A stretch of 64,000 nucleotides of DNA from an uncultured Gammaproteobacteria bacterium. Its GTDB lineage: Bacteria > Patescibacteriota > Microgenomatia > UBA8517. Below, in pieces: positions 9,621-18,940 of the stretch (the stretch's first letter is position 1; each line of letters starts with the position of its first letter). The translations under genes and the position numbers were made by a program. Where the stretch lies: contig CAZOUV010000003.1 of assembly GCA_964583105.1 (NCBI GenBank), positions 14,946 to 78,945 of the forward strand. The letters run 5' to 3'. Under the pieces are notes generated by a model. The model was not told the DNA's origin, did not search any database, and saw only the letters and a program-made list of their open reading frames with translations.

Positions 9621-10154
9621 TCACCCCCTTACTAATTTATATTTATAGTACCATGAATTAGTCAGCCTGTAGCTTGCAAAGATGATACCCGTATAGAAAA
9701 GATCTCCCAACAAAGTATTTCGGAAAAATGGAAGAGCCATAATAAAACACTCAATAAGCCCGTTAATGTTTTTAAGATAAAGAGGAGTAAAAGCCCAAAC
9801 CGCGAAATTGGTAACAACAAAAAAAACTACCGATGAGGCAAATGAAGCAAGAATAATGTTTTTGTAGTTTAGATTCTTTTTGACAAATCTTCCTATAAAA
9901 ACCGTAATTAAAAAGCTTGCATATACAAAAATTCTCATTTGAATACTGTCAAAACCTATAAACATATCCGAAAGAAACATGATTAAAAGGGGAACGATAA
10001 ATGCCTGCCTTTTACTTAAGTAGGTTCCTCCAAATAAAGCCATGGCTCCCACGGGAGTAAAGTTGGGAACGTGGGGAATAAGTCTTGCCAAAGCTCCCAA
10101 TAATATAAAACTTACAGGGTTTATTAGTTTTTTTAAAATGTGTTTATTTGCCAT
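9621..10154 (-). CDS. small polytopic membrane protein (ECF-transporter S-component-like)
   Basis: 177 aa with about 5-6 TM helices, the size and topology of ECF substrate-capture components. It overlaps the upstream DUF4430 gene by 22 nt. Confidence 0.3.
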   Translation of the reverse strand: MANKHILKKLINPVSFILLGALARLIPHVPNFTPVGAMALFGGTYLSKRQAFIVPLLIMFLSDMFIGFDSIQMRIFVYASFLITVFIGRFVKKNLNYKNIILASFASSVVFFVVTNFAVWAFTPLYLKNINGLIECFIMALPFFRNTLLGDLFYTGIIFASYRLTNSWYYKYKLVRG

Positions 10155-10540
10155 ACAATTTTATCTCCCGCCTTAATAATATAGCTTCCGGCACCTACTT
10201 CAGATGGTTTGTCATTGATAATAAGTTCCCAAAATTCGTTCTTTTTGGTATCCGCCATCCTTCCTTCAATAGATACGACATATGCATTTATTCCAGATCC
10301 TTCTGTTTTAATTTCTTTTACGGAAGTTTCGGTTGCATCAAGTGCGGTTTTTCCGATAAAGCCAGATATGTCAACAAGGGAGTATTCCGAAGAAGTTTTA
10401 ATAGTAAGAGTAGTTTCCTGATTTTGAACTTGATTCGTATTATCTTGATTTTTTTCAGATTTTGAAAAAGTTAAGAAGCTAATTACTGCAAATAGCAGAA
10501 TAACCGACAGGATTTTTAGAAGTTTTGTATGGTTTTTCAT
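10133..10540 (-). CDS. secreted DUF4430-like (transcobalamin beta-domain-like) protein
   Basis: Signal peptide. The C-terminal pattern EFWELIINDKPSEVGAGSYIIKAGDKIVWQ matches the DUF4430 beta-grasp motif (WxhxxNg...hGa..y.lkdGD.I.w). Confidence 0.45.
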   Translation of the reverse strand: MKNHTKLLKILSVILLFAVISFLTFSKSEKNQDNTNQVQNQETTLTIKTSSEYSLVDISGFIGKTALDATETSVKEIKTEGSGINAYVVSIEGRMADTKKNEFWELIINDKPSEVGAGSYIIKAGDKIVWQINTF

Positions 10541-10707
10541 ATATTCTGTGCTCGCAGTTTATCCTTTGGGTTCTGGGTATACAGTAGCGGCACTCCTGCA
10601 GATTTACGCTGCAATTCACCAAGTTACCCAATTTATCTTAGTTAAGTATCTAAAGTCAAGCGGTAATATTGCGGTAAATATGCGGTAATAGCTGAAGCTA
10701 AAAATGC
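10541..10707 (-). promoter_or_regulatory. leader region with cobalamin-riboswitch-like elements and three direct repeats
   Basis: The minus-strand leader contains GGUGAAUUGC ... AAAUCU ... GCCGCUACUGUAUA, resembling the GGUG..AAAUCC...CCCGC.ACUGUAA core of AdoCbl riboswitches. There are also three GCGGTAA(A)TA repeats at 11-bp spacing (10661-10692). Confidence 0.2.
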
Positions 10708-11985
10708 TTAATCAAATAATGTTATTGTTTCGGGAGTAGGTTTAAAAACAATAGTTTCAAGAATAGATTTAACTTCTTGAAGCGTAGTCTCCGATTCAGT
10801 CTTAATATTTATCCAACCAATTTCTGTAGTATCGATATATCTCTCTTTGGTCTTTCCACAGACAATATATGATTTATCACTAGAATCTTTTGGTTCGCTT
10901 ATTCTCCAAAAATTGGGTTTACTAAGTTGAATATAAGATGAAAAAAATTTGCCAGCACCCATAAAAGTTGTGTAATCAACATCGTCATAATAAATGCAAT
11001 TTCCACCACCACCGACACCTTGAGTAATTGTAATTGTTTCACCATTCTGGTTTGTGAGAATGAGGGTTAAAGATTTTGTGGGTTCGGCTGAAACTAATTG
11101 TTCTTTAGCAGTCCATGAGGAAGGGTAATTTATTTGAAAAGGAGAAATATAATTTCCAGTTTCTGGAGAATTATATATTTTCCAATTTGAAACATCTTCT
11201 GTTTGGATAGAGAACTTAAATGTGGAGAGTATTTGGTCAAAAATATCAAAAATTGTATTTGCTCTGCTCGTTGCAGTTGAAATATGTATATTGTAGGCAT
11301 TTTCCTGATAAACAAAATAAATATATTTCCATGTTTGTGAATATAGATTCGTTGTTTTTTGATAAGTAAATTCTATTGCTGGTTGACCCAAAAATGTAGT
11401 TGCCACCTTTTCAATTTTAGTATCTGCCAATAACCAACTGAAAGTTTTGGAAAAACATTCGTCTAATGTTGTACATTTTTTATTGATGCTTGTAGGATCG
11501 AGCTCGTTTATTAGTATGTTGAAACCAGTTCCCGGATCTTCTCCCGGGAGATTTGGGTCAAAAAAATCGGCAACATTTTGTTCAGATATTTGTTCATCTG
11601 TTAAGTTACCGGGACCTCTATTAGGCTCCCAACCGTTGGGATATTTTATTGAATATCCATATTTAGTATTTGAATAGGTTTTCCAGTTTGCGGTTGGATC
11701 TGTGGTGGCAATAGGGATTGGGGTGGATTCTATGATTGGTCTTCTAGATGTCAAATAATTTTTGTATACCCAATAACCCACTAAGCCAAGTCCTAAAATC
11801 GCAAATAAAATAATTAAGACAGGTAATAGTTTACTTTTTGTTTTGGGTACTTCCGGTACAATAGGTTGTTCTGGCGGTGGGGGAGGAATCGGTTGTTGTT
11901 CGGTTTTCATCCCGGTTTGAAGAATATCGGGAGTTTGCGGTACCGACGTGCTTTGTTGTAAAGGTTGATTCTCGTTCATACTCAA
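10708..11985 (-). CDS. secreted/membrane-anchored Pro-rich protein with C-terminal FDQILSTF domain
   Basis: 425 aa: Pro-rich N-terminus, one TM helix (LLPVLIILFAILGLGLVGYWV), a large extracytoplasmic domain, and a C-terminal motif shared with ORF 19330-19983. Confidence 0.4.
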   Translation of the reverse strand: MSMNENQPLQQSTSVPQTPDILQTGMKTEQQPIPPPPPEQPIVPEVPKTKSKLLPVLIILFAILGLGLVGYWVYKNYLTSRRPIIESTPIPIATTDPTANWKTYSNTKYGYSIKYPNGWEPNRGPGNLTDEQISEQNVADFFDPNLPGEDPGTGFNILINELDPTSINKKCTTLDECFSKTFSWLLADTKIEKVATTFLGQPAIEFTYQKTTNLYSQTWKYIYFVYQENAYNIHISTATSRANTIFDIFDQILSTFKFSIQTEDVSNWKIYNSPETGNYISPFQINYPSSWTAKEQLVSAEPTKSLTLILTNQNGETITITQGVGGGGNCIYYDDVDYTTFMGAGKFFSSYIQLSKPNFWRISEPKDSSDKSYIVCGKTKERYIDTTEIGWINIKTESETTLQEVKSILETIVFKPTPETITLFD

Positions 11986-12035
11986 ATAATATCACAGATC
12001 TAAAATTTTTAATTAACAAAGAGTGTTTTATAAGT

Positions 12036-12533
12036 ATGTTGACTTTTGTGAACCAAGGTGTTAGCCTACGGCTAATGAAAAGAGGACAGGTTCTTTTAGG
12101 CATATTTATAGTACTAGTTGTATTGGGAATTTTCTTTGGAACTAAAAAAGCCAGAGAACCTAAATTAAAAGTTACCGATACTGATACTGTTGAAACTCAG
12201 GAATTTGAAAACAGATTTAATATTACAATTCCTGATGATGTAGAAAAAATTGATCTTCAAGCCTCTTCCGGCTTTGAAGGTGCTGGAGTAGCTACAAGAA
12301 AGTTTGATAGAGGAAATTTTTCCCATGTAGTAATTGCTGATCTACCTGATCCCTCCTCTGGGAATTATCAAGCATGGCTTGTAAAAGACGATACTACAAA
12401 TATTTTTACCGGTTTGTTAAGGCTTGCTAAGGGGGGATATATTTTGGAATTTAATTCAAAGATAGATTATTCGGATTATAATAAAGTTGAGATAAGACTT
12501 CAGGATAAAATTGTGCTTTCGGGTTCATTCTGA
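12036..12533 (+). CDS. hypothetical membrane-anchored protein
   Basis: The ORF track starts at 11877, but that overlaps the opposite gene. The likely start is MLTFVNQ (12036) or MKRGQVLL (12075), followed by a signal-anchor. Confidence 0.35.
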   Translation: MLTFVNQGVSLRLMKRGQVLLGIFIVLVVLGIFFGTKKAREPKLKVTDTDTVETQEFENRFNITIPDDVEKIDLQASSGFEGAGVATRKFDRGNFSHVVIADLPDPSSGNYQAWLVKDDTTNIFTGLLRLAKGGYILEFNSKIDYSDYNKVEIRLQDKIVLSGSF

Positions 12534-12556
12534 TCAAAAAATGATAGAATGAAGTA

Positions 12557-13216
12557 ATGCTTTTTGTAAACTTCAAAACTTATCAAGAGGGAACGGGAAA
12601 AAACGCACTGGAACTTATCAAAGTATTGGAGGAAGTTGCGGAGAGCTCTCAGATAAAAATAATACCGGTAGTTCAGGCAACGGATATCAAAGAAGCGGTA
12701 GGAATATGCAAGCTTGAGATATGGGCCCAAAACGTAGATCCCGTAACATTCGGATCCCATACGGGATCTATTCTTGCTGAATCTGTCCTTGAGGATGGAG
12801 CTTTCGGAACATTTCTTAACCATTCAGAAAAGAAATTTACGGATTTAAATCTGCTTCAGGAAACGGTAAATAAATGTACAGAACTTGGCTTAAAAACTTT
12901 AGTATTTGCTTCAAGCCTTGAGGAACTGGGAAGTGTTTCTTCATTTAGTCCCACCTTTGTTGCATATGAGCCTCCGGAATTTATTGGAAGTACAACTTTA
13001 TCGGTTACATCTGCACAACCGGATGTGATTTTAAAAGCAGTCGAAATTGCTAAAACTCATAATTTACCATTAATAGTAGGTGCTGGAATTCATTCAAGAA
13101 ACGATGTTCAAAAAAGTTTGGAACTCGGGGCAACCGGAATTGCGGTTGCCAGGGATATTTTAAAAGCCGAAGATCCTAAAGCCGAACTTTTGGATCTAAT
13201 TGAAGGCTTTAAATAA
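12557..13216 (+). CDS. tpiA: triosephosphate isomerase, short archaeal-type
   Basis: 219 aa. N-terminal VNFKTY, and the overall length and layout (approximately 220 aa, IVGAGI near the C-terminus) fit archaeal-type TIM. Confidence 0.65.
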   Translation: MLFVNFKTYQEGTGKNALELIKVLEEVAESSQIKIIPVVQATDIKEAVGICKLEIWAQNVDPVTFGSHTGSILAESVLEDGAFGTFLNHSEKKFTDLNLLQETVNKCTELGLKTLVFASSLEELGSVSSFSPTFVAYEPPEFIGSTTLSVTSAQPDVILKAVEIAKTHNLPLIVGAGIHSRNDVQKSLELGATGIAVARDILKAEDPKAELLDLIEGFK

Positions 13217-13241
13217 GGAAAACTTGTTAGGATATCAAAAA

Positions 13242-13691
13242 ATGAAAGTATTTTTGGGAGCCGATCACAGAGGTTACTACCTTAAAGAGAAAATTTCCAA
13301 ATGGTTATTTGAGTGGAAATATGATTATTTTGATGTGGGAGCTCAAAGCCTGGAATTGGGAGATGACTATACCAAATATGCTTCCGAAGTTGCTTCTTTG
13401 GTTGCAGATAACAAGGGGTCAAGGGGAATTGTTCTTTGCGGCTCGGGTGTCGGGGTTGATATTGTTACCAATAAATTTGACGGCATAAGAGCGTCTATGG
13501 GTAAAACCAAGGAGCAGATAAAAGAGGGAAGGGAAGATGATGATATGAATATTCTGGTTATTGCGGCAGATTACACAGACGAGTATGAAGCGAAGGATAT
13601 GCTTAAGGCGTTTTTGGAAACGAAATTTCTGGGAAAAGAAAGACATAGAAAAAGATTAAAGGAAATTGAGAAAATAGAGGTAAACAATTAA
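13242..13691 (+). CDS. rpiB: ribose-5-phosphate isomerase B (RpiB/LacAB family)
   Basis: MKVFLGADHRG ... GIVLCGSGVGV are RpiB signatures. The start was moved to the internal Met at 13242. Confidence 0.7.
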   Translation: MKVFLGADHRGYYLKEKISKWLFEWKYDYFDVGAQSLELGDDYTKYASEVASLVADNKGSRGIVLCGSGVGVDIVTNKFDGIRASMGKTKEQIKEGREDDDMNILVIAADYTDEYEAKDMLKAFLETKFLGKERHRKRLKEIEKIEVNN

Positions 13692-13871
13692 TTAAACACC
13701 ATACTTCTCACTTATTTGTATACAATTGTCCCAAAAAGTGTCTACTGTGTCTTGGAAAACCCTGTTGACGTTTGGTCTACATTTACCTCCCTGTTGTCTT
13801 AGAATTTCAATTACCCTAATTCGTGCATCCAAAATAGCTTCAGGATTTCGGCCTCTTATGTATCTTTCCAT
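13692..13871 (-). CDS. small ORF (59 aa), unknown
   Basis: Read by hand: ATG GAA AGA TAC ... GGT GTT TAA. It is below the 60-aa cutoff of the ORF track and lies in the 235 bp gap between rpiB and pgk. Confidence 0.15.
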   Translation of the reverse strand: MERYIRGRNPEAILDARIRVIEILRQQGGKCRPNVNRVFQDTVDTFWDNCIQISEKYGV

Positions 13872-13925
13872 ACTAACATTATAGGATTATTTACCTAAAA
13901 GTCAAACTTCTGCTAAACTAAACTG

Positions 13926-14897
13926 ATGATTGACCTGCCTCAAGTTGGTGATTTAGACGTATTAAATAAAAAAGTTATTGTTCGTGCAGACTTAGACATA
14001 GACATTGGAGAAAACTACCGTCTTGAAGCTCTTCTTCCTACACTTAATTATTTATCTTCCAAATCTGCAAAAATAATTATTATCGGACATCTTGGAAGAC
14101 CTCGGGGTAAAGTTGTTGAAGAACTTAAAATGAAGCCAGTTGAAGAGAGTTTAAGAAAAATTGCCGTGGGAATTGAATTTGAAGTATTAGAAAATCTTAG
14201 GTTTGATATTGGAGAAGAAGAAAGTAATTTAGATTATGCCAAAAAACTTGCATCTTTGGGGGATGTCTATGTTAATGAAGCTTTTGCCTCTTCCCATAGA
14301 AATTCCGCTTCAATAACTGTTCTTCCCACGCTTCTTCCGCATGCTGCGGGAGTAAGGTTTGTTGAGGAAGTAAATAATTTATCTAAAGTTTTTGAAAATC
14401 CCCAAAGACCAGTGCTTTTAATAGTCGGAGGAAGTAAAAAAGATAAACTTGATTATATTGAGGCCCTTAAAAGTGTTACCGATAAAATCTTGGTTGGAGG
14501 AAGACTTCCGGAATATTATGGCGATAAAGCTTTGGAAAGCGTAAGAATGACAATTAACGAAAAACTGGTTATAGCCAACCTTATTATGGATAAGGAAGAC
14601 ATAACTCTTCACTCAGTCGAAAGATTTGAAAAAGAAATAAAAAGTGCTGGAACAATTATTCTTGCTGGTCCCATGGGTAGATATGAAGACGAAGGACACA
14701 GACAGGGAACCGAAAGAATATTTAGGGCAGTTGCAAATTCCAATACTTTTAAGATTGTAGGCGGGGGAGACAGTTTATCTGTTCTTTCAATGTTTAATCT
14801 TAAAGATAAATTTGATTGGATATCGGTTGGGGGAGGATCTATGCTTGAATTTTTGGCAAAAGGTACTTTGCCCGGAATAGAGGCACTACTTTCTTAA
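13926..14897 (+). CDS. pgk: phosphoglycerate kinase (short form)
   Basis: 323 aa. N-domain ...VIVRADLD...; NEAFASSHR corresponds to the PGK xAHRAHAS motif, and GGGDS to the PGK GGGDT hinge motif. Confidence 0.7.
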   Translation: MIDLPQVGDLDVLNKKVIVRADLDIDIGENYRLEALLPTLNYLSSKSAKIIIIGHLGRPRGKVVEELKMKPVEESLRKIAVGIEFEVLENLRFDIGEEESNLDYAKKLASLGDVYVNEAFASSHRNSASITVLPTLLPHAAGVRFVEEVNNLSKVFENPQRPVLLIVGGSKKDKLDYIEALKSVTDKILVGGRLPEYYGDKALESVRMTINEKLVIANLIMDKEDITLHSVERFEKEIKSAGTIILAGPMGRYEDEGHRQGTERIFRAVANSNTFKIVGGGDSLSVLSMFNLKDKFDWISVGGGSMLEFLAKGTLPGIEALLS

Positions 14898-14929
14898 TAC
14901 ATAAGTATGTTATTCTTAATTGGAAGGGG

Positions 14930-15139
14930 GTGAGAATAATGAAGTTGAAAAATATTTCAAAATGGTTGGTGGTTATAGGGGCAGCTAATTGGGGATTGGT
15001 AGGACTTTTAAATTTTAATTTAGTTACGTTTTTATTCGGTGGCTGGCCAGTGATTGAGAGGATTATCTATATACTTGTTGGTATTGCAGGTTTTTGGGCC
15101 ATATACAACAAACTAACCAAACCCTCAAAGAAAAAATAG
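14930..15139 (+). CDS. DUF378 small membrane protein
   Basis: VIGAANWGLVGLL is the DUF378 signature; 69 aa. Confidence 0.5.
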   Translation: MRIMKLKNISKWLVVIGAANWGLVGLLNFNLVTFLFGGWPVIERIIYILVGIAGFWAIYNKLTKPSKKK

Positions 15140-15183
15140 CTATAGATACAAAATCGGAGCGAAATTGATGATATCATGAATAT

Positions 15184-16290
15184 ATGATTAAAGTTGGTAT
15201 TAACGGATTTGGACGTATCGGAAGAATTGCTTTTAGGATCGGAATAGTAAAACATTCAGACGAAGTTATTTTTTCTGCAATAAATACTTCTGGAAGTATG
15301 GATACGGCCGGATGGGCGCATTTGGTAAATTATGATTCGACTTACAGGAAGTTTGACTATGAAGTTAGGGGAGAGGAGGCAAAAACCCCAGATAAAGTAA
15401 CAGATGAGGACCCTCTGATTGGTTATCTTTCAGTTCAAGAAAGGGGAATAAAAGTTCCCTTGTTGGCACAAAAAGATCCCGAAAAAATTCCCTGGGGAAA
15501 ATATGGAGTAGATGTTGTTATTGAATCAACCGGAAAATTTGTGACAGAGGAAGATGCTAAGAAGCATGCAAGGGGGGGGGCTAAAAGAGTTGTAATTTCG
15601 GCGCCAACTAAAGGTGAAAATGTAGGGACATATGTCATAGGTGTTAATGAAGTTAAAGGTTCTCCGGAGGTTATTTCAAATTCTTCATGCACCACAAATT
15701 GTGTAGCACCTGTTATGGCTGTTCTTCATTCAAAATTTGGGGTTGAAAAAGCGGCCATGACAACAATTCATGCCTATACTGATGATCAGAATCTTCAGGA
15801 CGGATCTCACAAAGATTTAAGGAGGGCCCGTTCTGCTGCTCAAAATATAGTTCCCACAACAACTGGTGCCGCAATTTCAACAACGGAAACAATTCCTGAA
15901 TTAAAAAACATCTTTGATGGACGTGCCCTAAGAGTTCCGGTTATTTGTGGTTCCATTACCGACTTTGCAATTGTTACAAAAAGAAATACTACGGTTGAAG
16001 AGGTAAATAAAGCCTTTATTGATGCTTCTAATAATGTCTTGTATAAGGGAATATTAACTATTTCCGATCAACCTTTGGTATCAACAGACATTATAGGTAG
16101 GAGTGAATCTTCTATCGTTGATTTGTCATTAACTCAAGTAATTGGGGGAAATTTAATTAAGGTTTTTTCCTGGTACGACAATGAATGGGGTTATGCAAAT
16201 CGTTTGGTAGAGCAGGTAATAAGAATTGGTAGAAACATGACGGGAGGAAAAGTTCCAACCGACCCTTTAACATTATCCTTTAATTCTTAA
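15184..16290 (+). CDS. gap: glyceraldehyde-3-phosphate dehydrogenase (type I)
   Basis: INGFGRIGR NAD-binding motif and SCTTNC catalytic Cys motif. A G9 homopolymer lies inside the CDS (15582-15590). Confidence 0.9.
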   Translation: MIKVGINGFGRIGRIAFRIGIVKHSDEVIFSAINTSGSMDTAGWAHLVNYDSTYRKFDYEVRGEEAKTPDKVTDEDPLIGYLSVQERGIKVPLLAQKDPEKIPWGKYGVDVVIESTGKFVTEEDAKKHARGGAKRVVISAPTKGENVGTYVIGVNEVKGSPEVISNSSCTTNCVAPVMAVLHSKFGVEKAAMTTIHAYTDDQNLQDGSHKDLRRARSAAQNIVPTTTGAAISTTETIPELKNIFDGRALRVPVICGSITDFAIVTKRNTTVEEVNKAFIDASNNVLYKGILTISDQPLVSTDIIGRSESSIVDLSLTQVIGGNLIKVFSWYDNEWGYANRLVEQVIRIGRNMTGGKVPTDPLTLSFNS

Positions 16291-16884
16291 ATGGAAGAAA
16301 AATATCAAAGACACCTAATGAGAAACGTAGCGTTTTTTGGTGATGCCGATGTTTCCGAAAAAGACCCCGTTTTTAAATCTGCATTTGGGACGGCCAAAAT
16401 TCTTGCGGAGAATGGTTATACGATTGTTGATGGTGGAGGCCCCGGTGTAATGCATGCCGCAACCGCAGGGGCCCAAGAAGCCGACGGTCCTACATTAACC
16501 ATTACCTTCGATCCTGTTAATGCTCCCGGATATGAAGGAAGGTATCTAAAAAATGTTCCGGATAAAGAGATTGTAACAACCAATTACATAGACAGAATGT
16601 TTAAACTCATGGAATACGGAGATATATTCGTAATATTTAGGGGAGGGAGTGGAACAATTAGCGAATTTGGTGCCGCTTGGGCATTGGCAAAACTTTATTA
16701 CGGACACCACAAACCCTTTATCTTATATGGTAATTTTTGGGCGGAAATAATTGATTGTTTAAGGCATAATATGAATTTAAGCAGTAAGGAACTTTCGGTT
16801 TTTGAAATTGTAAATTCTCCCAAAGAGGTACTTGCCGCAATTGAAAAATTTGAAAGGAAAATATCCGATGGTAAAAAACTCTAA
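16291..16884 (+). CDS. LOG family (TIGR00730) Rossmann-fold nucleotide phosphoribohydrolase-like protein
   Basis: GGGPGVM and the G..GSGTISE pattern typical of LOG/YvdD proteins. Confidence 0.55.
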   Translation: MEEKYQRHLMRNVAFFGDADVSEKDPVFKSAFGTAKILAENGYTIVDGGGPGVMHAATAGAQEADGPTLTITFDPVNAPGYEGRYLKNVPDKEIVTTNYIDRMFKLMEYGDIFVIFRGGSGTISEFGAAWALAKLYYGHHKPFILYGNFWAEIIDCLRHNMNLSSKELSVFEIVNSPKEVLAAIEKFERKISDGKKL

Positions 16885-17680
16885 TGATTTATCTAAAACC
16901 GCAAAGGAGATAAGACAGGATATTATCAGAATGCTTCATCAATCGGGTTCAGGACATCCTGCAGGTTCTTTAAGTATGGTTGAAATACTGGTTGCCTTGT
17001 ATTTTAAAATTATGCACCATGATCCAAAAAATCCAGATTGGGAAGATAGGGACAGGTTGGTTGTATCGAACGGACACACATGCCCCACCCTTTATTCAGT
17101 TCTTGCACATTGCGGCTATTTCCCTTTACAGAAACTAAAAACTTATGCCAAGTTAGGTTCTTCACTACAAGGACATCCCGAGCGAGAAAAACTTCTTGGA
17201 CTTGAAACAACATCTGGTCCTTTAGGTTGCGGTTTGGCTCAAGCCGCCGGAATTGCCTGGGTAGGAAAATCAGACAATTTGCACTACAGAGTTTTTTGTA
17301 CGGTATCAGATGCGGAACATGACGAGGGAAATCATTGGGAGGCAGTCCTTTTTGCAGCCAAATACAAACTTTCAAATCTGACCCTAATAGTTGACAGAAA
17401 CAATATTCAGATAGAAGGAAATATTGAAGATACGCTACCCCTGGAACCATTAAAAGAAAAATATTTGGCTTTTAATTGGAATGTTTTAGAAATTGATGGC
17501 CATGATGTTTCTGCAATTATTACTGCCGTTGAAGAAGCAAGAAGGGTGGATGATAGGCCCACGGTAATTATTGCCCGTACGGTTGCGGGAAAAGGAATTT
17601 CTTTTATGGAAGGGAAATCCGAGTGGCACGCAAGAGCTCCCAATAAAGAGGAAACTATGCTAGCACTAAAAGAATTATGA
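16868..17680 (+). CDS. transketolase, N-terminal (TPP-binding) subunit
   Basis: GHPAGSLSMVEILVALYF and the Mg-TPP motif region; split-transketolase architecture. The start was moved to MVKNSN (16868). Confidence 0.85.
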   Translation: MVKNSNDLSKTAKEIRQDIIRMLHQSGSGHPAGSLSMVEILVALYFKIMHHDPKNPDWEDRDRLVVSNGHTCPTLYSVLAHCGYFPLQKLKTYAKLGSSLQGHPEREKLLGLETTSGPLGCGLAQAAGIAWVGKSDNLHYRVFCTVSDAEHDEGNHWEAVLFAAKYKLSNLTLIVDRNNIQIEGNIEDTLPLEPLKEKYLAFNWNVLEIDGHDVSAIITAVEEARRVDDRPTVIIARTVAGKGISFMEGKSEWHARAPNKEETMLALKEL

Positions 17681-17708
17681 AAGATATAAATATTATTAGA
17701 ATGTATTA

Positions 17709-18662
17709 ATGATTAACGGTTTTAAATCTATTAGAGATGGATTTGGGGAAGCCTTGGTTGAGTTGGGAGAGAAAAACAAAAACATTGTCGTTCTTACAGC
17801 CGATCTAAAAGAATCAACAAGGGTTCATTTGTTTGCGGAAAAATTTCCCGAACGTTTTATCCAAGTTGGAGTTGCGGAGCAGGCTCTTGTTACGATTGCA
17901 TCCGGTATGGCAAAAGAAGGTAAAATTCCCTTTACCACAAGCTATGCCGCCTTTTCTCCCGGAAGAACACTTGATCAAATAAGAACAACGGTTGCATTAA
18001 ATAACCTCCCCGTAAAAATAGTTGGAGCACATGCGGGTCTGGGGGCCGGACCCTATGGTTCTACCCATCAGGCACTGGAAGACATTGCCATTATGAGAAC
18101 TGTTCCCAATATGGTCGTTGAAGTGCCTTGCGACTATGAGGAAGCAAAAAAGGCAACTTTTGAAATATCCAAAAACAAACTTCCTTCCTATTTAAGATTG
18201 GCAAGACAGGAATCTGGAATTGTTACCAAACCAAATTCTCCTTTTAAAATTGGACGGGCGGAGATTTTAAGAGATTTCAAAAATCCCCAAGCCACAATTA
18301 TTGCTTGCGGAACTTTGGTTTATGAAGCTTTGCTTGCGGCAGAAGAATTGGAGAAGAAGGGAATAGAGGTAATTGTAATTAATAATCGTACGATTAAACC
18401 CATGGATGAAAGAACAATAATAAGAGCGGCAAAAACTACGGGGGCGATTGTTACAGCAGAGGAACATCAGATAGACGGGGGAATGGGATCGGCAGTTTCG
18501 GAAATATTATCGAGAAATTTCCCTGTTCCCATTGAATTTATAGGAGTTCCGAACATTTTTGGAGAATCGGGAAAACCTAAGGAGCTTTTTAAAAAGTTCA
18601 AACTTACTTCAAAAGATATTGCTGAAGCCGTAAAAAGGGTTATTTCGCGCAAAAATTCTTGA
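17709..18662 (+). CDS. transketolase, C-terminal (pyrimidine-binding) subunit
   Basis: FIQVGVAEQALV ... pattern of the Tkt central and C-terminal domains; 317 aa. Confidence 0.85.
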   Translation: MINGFKSIRDGFGEALVELGEKNKNIVVLTADLKESTRVHLFAEKFPERFIQVGVAEQALVTIASGMAKEGKIPFTTSYAAFSPGRTLDQIRTTVALNNLPVKIVGAHAGLGAGPYGSTHQALEDIAIMRTVPNMVVEVPCDYEEAKKATFEISKNKLPSYLRLARQESGIVTKPNSPFKIGRAEILRDFKNPQATIIACGTLVYEALLAAEELEKKGIEVIVINNRTIKPMDERTIIRAAKTTGAIVTAEEHQIDGGMGSAVSEILSRNFPVPIEFIGVPNIFGESGKPKELFKKFKLTSKDIAEAVKRVISRKNS

Positions 18663-18676
18663 CACAGGACCCGTGT

Positions 18677-18698
18677 TGTACTAACATTGTACTAACAT
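18677..18698 (+). promoter_or_regulatory. tandem direct repeat operator (TGTACTAACAT x2) overlapping the antitoxin start codon
   Basis: Two perfect 11-bp tandem repeats; the second ends in the AT of the ATG at 18697. An imperfect palindrome ACACAGGACCCGTGT lies just upstream. Confidence 0.45.
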
Positions 18699-18936
18699 GC
18701 AAACACAGACTGTTTTTAGGGCCGGCAACAGCAAAGTAATGTCTCTTCCAGATGAATTAGGATTTAATTTTGGTGACAAAATTGTGGTAAATAGGGGACT
18801 TAAAAGGGGAACGGCGTTTATTAGTAAGGTTGGAACTGGTGTCTCCGTTTCTTCTGTAACTCCCGAATTTATCAGCATTCTTAATGGTATCAACAAAAGG
18901 TATGGCAAAGTACTTTCTGAACTTGCCAAAAGATAA
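18697..18936 (+). CDS. AbrB/MazE-fold antitoxin (Doc partner)
   Basis: 79 aa; VFRAGNSKVMSLPDEL is a swapped-hairpin AbrB/MazE/SpoVT signature. It lies 4 bp upstream of the doc toxin gene. Confidence 0.6.
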   Translation: MQTQTVFRAGNSKVMSLPDELGFNFGDKIVVNRGLKRGTAFISKVGTGVSVSSVTPEFISILNGINKRYGKVLSELAKR

Positions 18937-18940
18937 ATAA

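Noticed and set aside
11877-12035. Upstream 53-aa extension of ORF 11877-12533
   Set aside because: It overlaps the 5' end of the opposite-strand gene 10708-11985. Internal Met codons followed by a signal-anchor are more plausible starts.
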